A stretch of 63,419 nt of DNA, the filler included, from Choristocarpus tenellus KU-1152 (lineage: Eukaryota > Protista > Phaeophyceae), in assembly GCA_964200185.2 (NCBI GenBank). It is 10 parts of 10 records of this genome, joined end to end, with 100 filler letters (N's around TTAATTAATTAA, not from the genome) between each part and the next. Parts side by side here need not be neighbours in the genome. Positions count along the whole stretch, not along the records: positions 2,698 to 14,243 come from CAXNAD020002264.1; positions 14,344 to 18,018 come from CAXNAD020018582.1; positions 18,119 to 21,757 come from CAXNAD020018805.1; positions 21,858 to 27,374 come from CAXNAD020010548.1; 6 more parts are not named here. One strand, given 5' to 3'. Below the pieces are notes generated by a model, which saw only the letters and a program-made list of their open reading frames with translations, was not told where the DNA came from and did not search any database. A program made the position numbers and the translations under genes. Positions 13,265 to 25,925 of this stretch are shown piece after piece. Each line of letters begins with the position of its first letter. Within the stretch, counting starts at the first letter, position 1.

Positions 13265-13931
13265 ATGACCTTGAATTCTTGCCCCGTTGACAGTGAGACT
13301 CCGATTACAATGACCGAAAGGGAGTTCGTTTTGCCTAGGTTGTTTGACACTTTGGGGCTCAACAGTAACCCTAAGGTCTTTGGGGAGGCTCAGGCGATCG
13401 CACTCCGACGGGTGGGGGTCGGGCAGGGTGAAAGAGGGCCTTCGAAACAAGAAAAATAAAAGTGGTCGCCGAGGAGCTGGTTACAACCATCTCACGCTTA
13501 TCGTCAGGGATGGCCAAGTTGTGGCATGGGGATTCAACAGCCTCTGTAGGGGTCCGACTGCCAGCGTTCACTCCGAGGTCAATGCCCTGAGATCGCTCTT
13601 CAACCACCTCAAAAATGGGGGCACCAGGGGTCGGGGGGGGAAACGGAATGCTAGGCACGATGATGGCTTCGACTTGGTCAACATTCGATTCACCTTCGAC
13701 TCACTTCGAATTAGCCGTCCCTGCCGGCGTTGTTGGACCTTCCTCTCTAAGCACCTGTGGAGATTCCGACGCGTTATGTACACAACATCTGACGGTCTCA
13801 TTATCTGCCAGTCTGCTGATGAGTTCGCCGCAGAGCCAACAGATCATGTTAGCAAGGGCCACCGTGCTAACTACTATAAGCGCAAACCCTGTGAAAATAG
13901 AATCTGTCCACAGGGCAACTGCGTCTGCTGA
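13265..13931 (+). CDS. Zinc-dependent cytidine/deoxycytidylate deaminase-family protein, intronless core, apparent frameshift near 13413-13420
   Basis: HLTLIVRDGQVVAWGFN ... SVHSEVNAL (HxE) ... SRPCRRC (PCxxC) ... VMYTTSDG in ORF 13344-13931. The likely N-terminal helix (EAQAIALRR) and ATG 13265 lie in the adjacent frame. Confidence 0.8.
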
Positions 13932-14526
13932 GTGATGTTTGTGGATGTGGGTCAAGTTACAGAGGAATTAGAAGCAGGCGGCATTCGCGTTGGTGGTAAT
14001 GGCGGGTTAGTGACGGCGTTCTTGGATTTGGGCTGCACCCTGTTCTGGAACGCAATAGCAGCCCCAGCGACGTGTACAGGAGGGAACTGGCCGAGAGAGA
14101 GGGAAATATTGATCAGGTTGGAGTTTTTCGTGTATCTTCAGAAAATCAAGGGATGTCGATGAGCAGCGGGGGGGGGAGGGGGGGGGGGGGGGGGGGGGGG
14201 GGGGTGGATGGGAGGTTGGGAGGGGTTGCGGCGCGGAATATATNNNNNNNNNNNNNNNNNNNNNNNNNNNNNNNNNNNNNNNNNNNNTTAATTAATTAAN
14301 NNNNNNNNNNNNNNNNNNNNNNNNNNNNNNNNNNNNNNNNNNNCGTAATATTTGAACAAAAATATATCCGGACCCTTAAGAAGTGCCGTAACATTTCCAA
14401 AAAAAGGACATATCCCGGGCGGTTGCAGTTGCAAAAAAAAACCTTTCGGTACTTTTTCAGGACCGTTTTCGCAGAACAACCATCCTCATAGCCCCGCTCC
14501 ATCCTCAATTTTTGAAATCCACTGTT

Positions 14527-14767
14527 ATTGGCAATTGTAGCCAGATTTGAAAACGAGGGTCAGTCAGACGGCAGAGGGGCTTGGTTAGAATTAGGGAGGA
14601 TCGACAGAAGACGCATGGAGGATAAGATCCCGGTGCAGCTCATCACAAGGCCCGATATAACCTTCAAGAAGCTGAGACGGGTAATAGCCTCATCATCGTC
14701 ATACCAAGAGTGGACCTGCACCTTCGACAAAATGGGAAGCTGGAGGCTAAGGAGACATGGGATATGG
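14527..14767 (+). mobile_element. Ty1/Copia gag fragment, inverted duplicate of 15348-15589
   Basis: AIVARFENEGQSDGRGAWLEL; about 16 differences over ~240 bp from the reverse complement of 15348-15589. Confidence 0.6.
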
Positions 14768-15347
14768 TACTTTCTCCTTGAGGTCCTTTCCAATACCATG
14801 TTGCGTCTCCTGCAATCTACGAAACCTCCCTAGTGCAATGCCTAAAGTGAATCTTTGGAAAAGAGTAGCACTAATCGCATCCCTTAAAACCACCTGACCT
14901 ACCATACACTAAATTCTCCCTGGCTTCACTAGCTCTCCTATCAAAATCCAGTCTACACACTACATCTCAGCTGCCACTCGGCTACTGTATGTATGCACTA
15001 ACATTAAGCAAGATGCAAGAATAACAAATACAAGGGAAAACAGTCACAGGATATAACGCTCAGTATCTCCGAAATAAGGTCTGGATGAAGATCTCAATCC
15101 TTTCTAATCTAGAACTGAGGTGTTCCATCTCTTGGGATTCATATGAGGAAGGGAGTTCCTGGAGATATCAGATGCGCTCCCTTCACAGCCCCCAACTACA
15201 ATATCTTCTTGACCTCTCCCTGACTCGGTTTGTCCGTCATCTTGTCACGGGATCCCAGTGCAAATATTCGGCATGGCATACCAGGTTCCCAAAGTACATC
15301 CTGAAGTATCACCCTTGACCTCTAGTTCTTTCTTGTTGTCGATAGTT

Positions 15348-15760
15348 CCCTATCCCATGTCTCCTTAGCCTCCAGCTTCCCATTTTTGCCAAAGGTGCAG
15401 GTCCACTGTTGGTATGACGATGATGAGGCTATTGCCCGTTTCAGCTTCTTGTAGGGTATATCGGGCCTTGTGATGAGCTGCACCGGGATCTTATCCTCCT
15501 TGTGTCCTCTGTCGACCCTCTCTAATTCTAACCAAGCCCCTCTGCCATCTGGCTGACCCTCGTTTTCAAATCTGGCTACAATTGCCAATGCTGACCCCTT
15601 TTGTTGCTTGGATAAATAGAAACCATAATGCCTTGTTCTTGATGTAGGCGGCATGTGGTGTGTTTACTGCCATGTCTGAAGTGGTCGTGGATATTTCAGG
15701 AATTTCTTAGTCCCTCGTTGTGATCTCATACAATTCCTTTCCTCCAGCCTGGCCTATAAA
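15348..15760 (-). mobile_element. Ty1/Copia gag relic, frameshifted
   Basis: NKALWFLFIQATKG/SALAIVARFENEGQPDGRGAWLEL resembles the copia gag 'DG..AW..L' block. Confidence 0.55.
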
Positions 15761-18120
15761 TTACAGTCTCCAAGTGGACCGGGTCTCCAATGACCGTCCT
15801 GTGGACCCTGTCCAGACAGCAAGTTTCTTCAGACTGGTCTCCTACTACTAAGGCTCATAACCTGTGCAATTAATCTTGGAAATTATTACTACTTGGTCAG
15901 TGAAGACAAGAAGGTGTGGAGCCTCACATGATTCCTCATTGCTGAATATGTTTACATGGTTGAAAAGAAGAGGACCTTGTGGGGTGTCTTCTTATATATT
16001 TTAATATTATGCCCTCTGACATTTTGCAGATGTGCCAGGGGAAAAACTAATTGCTTGCTTCTTTATTATTATTTGTGTCTCATATGTAAGTCAACCATTA
16101 TATGAGTAGTTCAATTCCAATACCAATTTCCATACATAATGCAGATGTACTATCTCATTAGTTACAACACATGGACCCAATCCAATGCCATAATCTCACA
16201 ACCACAAAATAGGGTACACCTTACTATTGTCCTATTTTTGTACAGTATGAGTGTGTGGCTAACAGCACAATGAAGTTCATGGTCGAATTTCATTGCAATG
16301 AAACTGTGATGGCTGGTGAACATCACACCAAAGCACCAGCTAAGGTCGCCCAAGCCACCACCACCACTGTCTTCCGAATGCTGTTTTTTGGTTGTAGGAT
16401 TGTTCTCTAGCATTTTTTGTTCATTTTCTCTCCTGGTTTTTTGGTGATGGCATTTTGCTCTTGATCATGGTTCTATTTTCCCTTCCATTTTAGTCCTTTC
16501 TAATTTTTTTCTGCTCCTTTCTTGTTCTTTTTATGATTTTGTGCCTTTTTTGTGTGCATTGGCTTCTTTCGACTACATTTTGCCCATGGGTCTGGGATCC
16601 CTCAGAGTGATGTGATGGAATCCGTAAAAATAATACTGTAGAAGTTATTATTGCTATACATGGAGTAAATACTTGAAGGGATAGCACCTAAGTACGTCAT
16701 AGAGATACTAAGTATTAAAATAATGTGGTTTATTATTGTTTAGGGTAGTACGTAGAACTTTAGTAGCAGTAAAAAAATATGCGAAAGTATGTGCATTATT
16801 GGCACTTTCCACAACACACTTTGTGTCTGTCAAAACACCACAAGTGGTGTGGCAGGACATGTTGTTCACCACATGCAGCACATCACTTCCTTGCTTTAGA
16901 CTTGCCAAATCTCCTTTCTACCCCCCCACATAGTAGCTGAGAATCAGGCACATTCTATGTCATTTCCAGACTATGTGCACTATGGTGAGACTCAAGGTTT
17001 CGGTTACCACCCAACCTTCAGCTATCCAAGTGTATCCATCAATGCAATTGGATAAATCTAACCAACATGTCTATCAATGCAATAACATGGTCTGTACACA
17101 GAAATTCTCAATGGTGGGATGCAAGCACCTTCTCATAGAATTGCAATTTAAGCACCAACTCTGCATGATGAAGATTTAAGGGTGATGGGCAGAGTGTCTC
17201 TCTCATGAATCAAGACTGGGTCGCAGAAATTATATCCTTGTATGTAGTGCATTGTTAAATATGTGTGTGCTACTACTCTCTGCCTCATTGTCCCTTGAGG
17301 GTAAATGAGGTCGCTTTCAAATGTTCCTAACCCTTGAGTGCTCTTCAAGGGTTACCATAGTCTTTGATCCTTGGGTTCAAGGGGAGGTCTTGTGGTCTGC
17401 CCTAGAAGGTGTTATGATGTGTTGGGGGTGTGGTAGGATGCCCTGCTTGGCTCAACATGTGAGGGAAATGCACATGCTCCTACATCATTGCCATTAGGTG
17501 CTGTAGTAAGACAGTAATCCTCATCATCTTTGAACTGCGATTATCTATTGTCAGGATATTGATACTAAATATATGCTCAAGGGGAAAACACAGTTCACAG
17601 TCTGTGCATCTCTCCAAATACAACCAGAGATTCAGAGTGTACTAACTTTATGTCACATTAATGAACTTATGGACCATATTTGGGTGAGGTGGTATTCCCT
17701 TTGTCATCAACAACCAACATGCCACACAAGATGATTATCACAAATTTAGTGCTTCAAAAGAAATATATATATATATATATATATTTTGGTACAATGTTGT
17801 ACAATGATTGTACTTTCTTCTCTTACTAGTCTTTGAATAGTGCTCTCCTTACGTTTGTTCTCACTTTTTTTGCCAACCTTATTGTAGAATGACCTGTAAG
17901 GTCATGTACCACACCAAGCCACATCAGAGGCAACAAAACATCCGTGCCAAAACTGGAAAGTCTAATTATACAGAGGTTGAAGGATAGGGGGGGGTTGGTA
18001 GAAAGAGGGGCAACACAGNNNNNNNNNNNNNNNNNNNNNNNNNNNNNNNNNNNNNNNNNNNNTTAATTAATTAANNNNNNNNNNNNNNNNNNNNNNNNNN
18101 NNNNNNNNNNNNNNNNNNCT

Positions 18121-19185
18121 GTGTATGTAATGGGACTTGGAGGAGGGGGTCAATTCACACAGGGGATGGCCCCATCAGACCCCCTAAACCTTATAATGCA
18201 GTATGGGAATAATGGGGGGCCTCGCCTATCCTCCCAGAATGCGCCCCTTGGGGGACTGGCCCATATGGGGGGACTTAGCCAGGAGCAGGTGCCGTGGCAA
18301 GTCCCTGCTCTGTGGCAGCGGGGTCAAGCCCCTCCAGGGACGTGGCAGCATGTTGGGCCAGGGTATGGACAACTACAGGTAACTTCTCCTCGCTGGCAAG
18401 TTCACCCCATGGAGAACGCATTGGCTCAAGGTGTGGTACAAAATGATGGGCAGGGGCAACGGCAACGGCTGTATCAGGAACAATCCAAAGAGCAATCGCA
18501 GGCTCAGGAACAAGGGTTAGAGCGGGGGCAAATGACACCTCAGGGTCAGGTACACAGGCAAGGGCGGCCTCCTCATGGAGGCTCAGAGGTGGGGGCTGGG
18601 GTGGGGCTGGGAATGGGGCAATTGCATGCAAAGGAAAGTCCAGGAAAAGCCCATGGGTGGGGGCAGAAGCCAGGATCAGGACAGGGGCAGAAGCAGCAAG
18701 GTCAGTGGGAGGAGAAGTCGCTGACAAACCTTCAGCAAATGCCACAGACCTCCCAACCTCTTCCTAGTGTAATAATAATGCCTGGAGTAACAGGGGAACC
18801 TAGTAGGCCCTCTAATAACGGAGGTGGGATGATAAATGCAACAAATAACTTTGCCCAGTCGGGTTCAGATTTGCAGGGGGCATTAGATGGAGGAAGACGA
18901 GAAAAGGGAGGAAAGGTAGAGGAGGGTGCAGTGGTAGTGTCCAATGGTAGCAGTACAACCACATACACATCAAAGGGGGTGCAAGAGGGTTGCACAACCT
19001 CTGCGGAGACCACTAGTGCAACTGGTGGGAATGCTGCTGCAGGAGGGCGATCAGGGGTGTCCCAGGAGTCTGCTGTTCTTGGCACAATGTTGGACTCGAA
19101 GGGGGCACAAGGGTTGAGGACCAAGCCTGTGGATGGAAGAGGCTGGGTAGAAAGCCCATCAAACGGCAATGGCCAGAGCATATAG
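18121..19185 (+). CDS. Gln/Gly-rich low-complexity protein, probable terminal exon, 5' truncated at contig start
   Basis: 354-codon open frame with Q/G/P-rich disordered composition and no recognisable domain. Confidence 0.55.
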   Translation: MYVMGLGGGGQFTQGMAPSDPLNLIMQYGNNGGPRLSSQNAPLGGLAHMGGLSQEQVPWQVPALWQRGQAPPGTWQHVGPGYGQLQVTSPRWQVHPMENALAQGVVQNDGQGQRQRLYQEQSKEQSQAQEQGLERGQMTPQGQVHRQGRPPHGGSEVGAGVGLGMGQLHAKESPGKAHGWGQKPGSGQGQKQQGQWEEKSLTNLQQMPQTSQPLPSVIIMPGVTGEPSRPSNNGGGMINATNNFAQSGSDLQGALDGGRREKGGKVEEGAVVVSNGSSTTTYTSKGVQEGCTTSAETTSATGGNAAAGGRSGVSQESAVLGTMLDSKGAQGLRTKPVDGRGWVESPSNGNGQSI

Positions 19186-21621
19186 GGGGAGGGACAGATA
19201 TGGATTTGTCATGGAATTTTGCTTTCAAGGTGTTTGCTCGTTTGCATTATTTTTTTTTAGACTACAGAATTTCAGATTGCATTACCCAGGTAGCTTGTCT
19301 GGTAAAAGGGAGATAACAGCGTAACCATGTTGGCCACTGTTGACAAAGCTGTGTTGGACAGGGGGACTAATCTTGTCCTCTTCATCCCTGTGAGCTTTGG
19401 ATGTGTATGTTCAACATGGTTGACAAAGTAGCTAGTTTTGCTTCTGCTGATCCTTTTCAAATCTATCTGAAGTGTCTGAATGCATGAAATTGATCTCTTT
19501 CAGCATTTTTATTAATTGCCGTCAGACTTGTCTCTGTTACCATTGCTGGTTTTGGGGATTTCCAGCATACAAGAATGTCGGCTCTTATGTGTGATTGTAG
19601 AGTTTCATTCTTTCATGTACGCTTGTGATCAGGTTGTGATTGGGCTCCGGAGTGGTCAAGTCTTGAGATTTCCCTTCCTGTACTCCCCCAATAACCTCTC
19701 CTCTGCATTGAACCATGTTTTTTACATTATGCTTGTGCTCAATATAATCAATGTTATCATTCCTTAGAACAAGCTTATCCTTCATTATTTTGGTCAGTCA
19801 GCATATTCTCAGTCTGAGAACAAGTCTTGTGTTGACGTGTGCTCTCCATGTGGCTAATATCTTCTCAAAGAAAGCCTTTTTTTTTTGGGGGGGGGGGTCA
19901 CAAGCTATAGCATGGGCTTGTAAAGTGGGCTGTACCTAGTGATACTGAGGAAAAGCATGTGACTATTACAGTGTGGTCTAGTAGGTACTTTTGTATAGGA
20001 GCTGTTCTAGGTTGGGTGTGCACTCACCATCAATTTGACAGGTTACAACAGAGGGAATATACAAGTAGAGCTCAAATTACTCCTTATCCCTCAGGAGACC
20101 ATACTGTGAGTCCATCCAGGTACAAGAAAGTCACACCAACATTCAATGGGCAATACTTGAAATTAGGAAGATGGACAAGTAGAAACATTTGCAACAATTG
20201 ACTGCCATATATGTGGCGTTGAGTGATGAGGAAGCATGTGCCCTCAAAACATCTCCTACCTAACTTTCTCAACATTTTTGTTGCCGTTGCCTTTACAATG
20301 CATGTTTTTGGCATTGTTTAGTGTTTTGGAATTACCAGACTGCCTGATTTCATGCATCCTTCGTTCGGAAGTGTGGTCGGTCGTGATACTATGTAAAATG
20401 CCAATGCCAATCAGTAAGGCTTGCTCATGTTTTTTATTGTGTTTTTCTTGTATCACCCCTCTTGCACTTGATCGATGATGATTATTATCACTGCTGACCT
20501 CTGTAGCAAGTACATGCAGCACGAAGAATGCAAAGAAGTGCTGCCCTCGCTCAAGGCTCACTGGCGTATCTCCTCTACCCACTGGACAGAACGCCACAAC
20601 ACCACGCTTACCATATGCTCTGGAGAGTGGAGATAGTGAGGTACAACTAGATGTTACTTTACTACCTCCTCCTATCACAGCCCGAACTTAATTCTTTGAA
20701 GCACCTAAATATATATAACATAATTGTTGTACAAGTGGTCTATCGTGGCACTATATCATACTATTTAGCGGTTGAAGCACAAACCTGTAAATATTACTCA
20801 CAGAACTACTGAATCGCTACAGCAATATTGGTTGCGACAAAGCAGCATATGGGTGCTTAGGTATGTTTTTAGGCGTGTTTTTGCCTGTGATGTCTCCACG
20901 CATGACTGAAGCAACCAATTTTTTGGCGAGCCCCCTGATGGGTGTCCTCTATGACGATCTTAGTGATGTCACCAGAAGAATACATGCATGGCTTATGTCT
21001 CCATCTCTCATAGACAGGGGAGCATGAAGCTCTATCAAGTGATAACATTCAACACATGATGATGGTGAGTGTGATGTGTTGAACTACACCAGAATTATGT
21101 ATATGGGTGGATGAGACTTTTCCTTTGAAGAAAGAGGTCTGTCCAGCACTTTGGTGGCCTGGTCAGAGCCAAACCAATTGAGAGGTAGGCAAGTTTCGAC
21201 CCTTTTGCACTCTAAGCTGACTTTCTTACCCTTTGTAATACACCCTGTTTCGTTGCTGTATGTGCACTGTAGTGTGCACGATGTTGATATTCTCCCTTTC
21301 CACACACAATGCGACACCACAATGCAGCAAAGGCTCTTTCTGCAATTGAACAAAAATACGTATTTTTTCCCTTTCTCGGGATCCTTAAAAGCAACCCTTT
21401 CTACCTTTCAATTGGTTTGGCTCGTCATGAGTGATGAGTTCAACACTTTTCAGCAATGTTGCTCGAATGCTTTGATTCTATAGTGATCCTCACAAGAAGG
21501 GTCGCCCCGATGAGATTCTCTCTTTCCACTGGCAGTATAGGCTGAACCCAGTAAGACTCCTGTCGAAGTGCTGCTATCATCAGCCCAACGGGGTTGAGCA
21601 CCCCCTGTTGGATGCAATCAT

Positions 21622-21757
21622 GAGTGAAAGTATCTTAGAGGGTACGAGTTTTTCCCTGTTTGTCCATTTGGGGTTTGAATCCGGTGGGGTTTTTTATGAC
21701 ATTTTCCTACTCCAAAATGTTTAGGAGTAGGTAAAATGTATACGTTATGAAAAGGTG
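21622..21757. mobile_element. MITE family B, partial at contig end (other partials: 27475-27600, 38591-38641, 58977-59092)
   Basis: GAGTGAAAGTATCTTAGAGGGTA terminus and internal sequence shared with complete copies 37255-37512 and 58309-58565. Confidence 0.8.
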
Positions 21758-21931
21758 NNNNNNNNNNNNNNNNNNNNNNNNNNNNNNNNNNNNNNNNNNN
21801 NTTAATTAATTAANNNNNNNNNNNNNNNNNNNNNNNNNNNNNNNNNNNNNNNNNNNNGAAAGAGCTCTCTCCTCCCCCCCACCCCTGTGAACAAAAAAAA
21901 AACTTGGGAAGCAGAGTTGGTTGCACCTCAC

Positions 21932-24900
21932 CTTAGCCCAGCGATAACGCCTGGCAGTGGACGATCCCTTCGAGGCTTTCCCCAATTCAAAGAAGTAAGG
22001 AACAGTACGTTGGAGAAAGTCGCTCTCCAACTGATGACGAGCATCATTTACCAACAAGACAGTACAGTTGCCTACCAGGGGAACCTCTTTGGGGTAGTCC
22101 ACGGGGAATAGAGCAGCATTCCTTATAAGAAAGACAGGGGGGCAAGGGGGTGGGGCGGGGGGTGGAGACAGCAGTAGCAGAGGGAGGGAGGTAAGGGAGG
22201 TAAGGGAGGGCGAGAGAGTCGTGGTTGAAGAAGAGCAGGATTTGGTGGATCTTTTATGGAGTTCAAGAGCAGTGGTGCACGATGAAGCCCATCATAAAAA
22301 GGAATGACCTTTGCTGCTTAGCACAAACTTGACGAGTTGTGAATACACTCTGTGTCGAGCCCTCAATAGGCAGGTGTTTAGACAGTGAAAGACGAGAAGC
22401 ATGTGACTATAATTGTGTACCATGTTACTACAATTGTGTACCATGTTACTATAATTGTATACCATGTGACTATAATTGTGTACCATGTGTGTAGAACCTT
22501 CTCCCTCCCCACCACCTCCTAAATTACTTTCCATATACATGGTCAGGCTTGTTCTACAGCACATTTATTCAAACCTGCTGAGATAGGTCTTTAAATTAAG
22601 CACATATCAAGTCACAATCAAATCCTCATATGCAGTTCAGTATCCACTAGAATGAAGTCTACCAAAAACAAACCAACACGTAACTACTTAAGTGTTTTAG
22701 CTAGGTCGCCAATTAAAATGATCTAGAAAGGAAATTATCAAATGAACAAATTAGGGTTTATAAAACAAATCGCCAATCAACAAAGCATAACTCAAGACGA
22801 AGCTAATAAAATAATAGACGTTTTCACTAGTAGCGTTATCTCCAACATGTGATACTTCCTAGTTTTCAGAGTAAATATAAAACTCACACCTCTTCAACAA
22901 AACCTCTTACATATAAATATATAAATATAAAACTTGCACCTCATGGACAAAATATCTTAGAACCAATTTTACCAACAATTGGAAAAGAGAGAACATATAT
23001 CCAGCATCTTGAGAAAATCTTTAAAAAGTAAAACCCTACCCTATAACTTGACATCATAAAGGCAGGCAGGCATAGAAGACTCCAATCCAGGTGTGACAAA
23101 TCATCATCCAAAACAAACCATCAATTATAGGAACATTCTTGAGTCAAAACTCTCAGAAGATATTCGCTTACACCCCTGTTTTTGTTTTTAAATTAATCCA
23201 CACCTTGAATTTTTTTTTAACATAAAGGCAAAACTCAGAACAGAAAAAAAAACACTTCAACCCATACATAAAACGAAAAATCTGTACAAAACACAATAAA
23301 ACATGTGCATAAAAAATCATAAAAAAACAAAAATGAAAAGATATCAAGAAAAATATATATCAACTGTAAAAACCACATTTTCAAAAATTCAATTCAAAAA
23401 TTCAATTCCGTCACTCGACGCACATGTTGCCAGCCTTGGGACTGATCTTGGGTGTACCAGCATCCTTCCGCGAATAATAGATCATTGTGGGGAGGCTGGC
23501 GTTAAGCTCGGGATCATCGGGGTTCCCAAACACCTCGTAGAATCCTTTGGACACCAAGTCAGAGTCAACGCAGGTCAAGAAGTAACCACAAAAAAAAATA
23601 GGAGTGTGATTATTACTATTATTGTTATCAAAACATACATACAGATATACTCGGATTTATTTTTCACTGTTCAGAGTTAAGAAAAAAAAAAAAAAAGTTC
23701 ACTGTACAGGTGAGTAGGTGTACCAAAAACAGTAGTTTTGGGGGGGGGGGGGAAAGGGGGAAACAAGTCAAACAAAAAAAAAAAAATAATAAAATACAAG
23801 AGCAGTACAGTAGGAACCACTTCCAAACAACTTCAAAGATCAGAAAAAACAGCTCGGGGAACTCTTCCAAGCATGATCACCACCACATATCACCAAAAAA
23901 AAAAAGAAACCAAAACATTCAAACAACCATACACCTACCCACTCCAAGACGGACACACGCATCACATGTGTCAGCACACTCTTACCAGAAAATAAATCAC
24001 TTTTGTGCTCATTTTTTTTATTTTAAAAATGCACCAAAAACGTATCGATCTTAAAAAACAATTCCCGTCATTATTTAACTTTTCACAATCTTCCACCTTG
24101 CATCTATCTACGCTCAAGTTGTTTGAAAAAATGACAAATTAAAAACATCCGTTGGTCATTTTTCAAAGACAGTACCCACCCTCTCCGCCCAATCATAATC
24201 ACCAATCACTCAAAAATATTCTGATGATCTAAATTCTCACTGACTTCAAGTTGCCCAAGTTCTAACGCCCTTACTACATCCCATTAAGGTACTTCATGAA
24301 GCACCAAGTCAGATACAACTCAAAAGGTACCAAGTCTTCAAAAAAAAAAAAAAACAGTACGTGCTGTGCTGACTTCTACAGCCTTGCCATGAACAAAATC
24401 ATATACCACAGGCTGCTAACACCTTACCAACCACTCCAACAAACATCTTAACCACTCCAACAAACACCTTAACCACTCCAACGAAGCCACAGATTGAAGT
24501 CAAACCACCACCAGCACCTAACCCATCTCACTCACACACATGCCCTTCCCCCCCACCTCCCCACTAATCAAATCAAATCCCCCCGAACAAATCCTCCGCA
24601 GACCAAACAATACGATTACCAATACATTCCTCATCCCACCACTAACCTGGACGGATCTCCTCCGCCGGCGCATTCAGCAGTATGGCCTTAGGATCCGGAC
24701 CACGAGGCTCTTCATCCTTGAACTTCTGTGCATTAATAGCCGCGATTCTCTTCTTCTCCTCAGCTGCAAGTTGCTTCTTGGTCTTGCCCCCCTTCTTACC
24801 CTTCTTACCCTTCCCACGCAACTCCTTTGCCTCCCCGCCCTCCTTGGTCTCCTCACCAGCATCAGTCTGCTGCTCTTCCTCCTGACTTGGGGTTGGGGCT

Positions 24901-25874
24901 GTCCTGGGGCGTTCCAGAGCCATCGCATTGGGGCGTTCCAGAGCCATCGCATCGGGGCGCTCCAAAGCAAGGGCATCCGGGCGCTCCAGGGCAAGGGCAT
25001 CCGGACGCTCTAGAGCCTGAGGATCATTGTTCTGGTTATTGTCTGCAACAATCTCTCTACGACCAATGCGTGCCCCTGTGACCTCATAGGGGCCTTCGTT
25101 CTGACCCTGGGGCTTGGTCTCCAGTGCAAAGGCATCACGGATTCCATTCGACTCACACATCTCCTCCATTACCTTGAGTACCTGTATATTGTACGTTGCA
25201 GTGTATTGATAGATAATGATAGTAACAGGTAGGGTTAGGGATAGACTACACAAGAAGGGGCTACTAAATATCAACAATATAGATCTCCGCTCCAGAAGGT
25301 GGCACAAGGATTGCTATTTAGAGTGCAAATTACAGCGTATCACCTCTATTCAGAGTCAATTCAAACAGTGTGTGGTGCGGGCTTTCACATCACCCCAACA
25401 AAAGCACTTCTTTTTGCAGCTTTGCATTAGGTAGCAAAGAATAGGAAGACCAATCATACCAATTTCAATCTCAAAAAAAAAGAAATCATACCACATACAT
25501 CCTCATAATGAGGTTTTGAAACAAAATCTTGAAAATCTGACCACCGTATTGCACATTCATAAAAAAAAAAAAACAAACACACACACACACACGAGACTAT
25601 TCCAACTGATGCCAACAAGAGATAAAGTGTCCCTTTTAGGGCAAACTCGCATTTATGTAACATTTTTTTTCAAAATGGATTGAGAAAAAAGAAAAAAGAA
25701 AAAAGACTGCGTTAGCTAATTGGTCAGGAGTCAGGACTTGCAAAATATACAGAGTTTCAGAACACAAGAAGCAAGAAATCAAAATTAGAGCACAAACTCC
25801 CAAAACTCCTTGGGTTACTACAATGCACCCACCTTGCATTCATGGGTCTGAATTGGCACTGAACATACGTACAC

Positions 25875-25925
<51 letters not shown>

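Noticed and set aside
14200-14243. GGVAARNI resembling the TnpB/Fanzor RDxNAARNI motif
   Set aside because: No catalytic Asp, zinc finger or other RuvC motifs; it lies in G-rich low-complexity sequence at a contig end.
17328-17354. 10-bp perfect hairpin TAACCCTTGA...TCAAGGGTTA as a terminator or Helitron end
   Set aside because: No U-tract or supporting context; plausible by chance.
22400-22489. 21-bp repeats as a CRISPR array (also 24415-24485 and 48489-48552)
   Set aside because: Head-to-tail units with no unique spacers, no cas genes, eukaryotic context.
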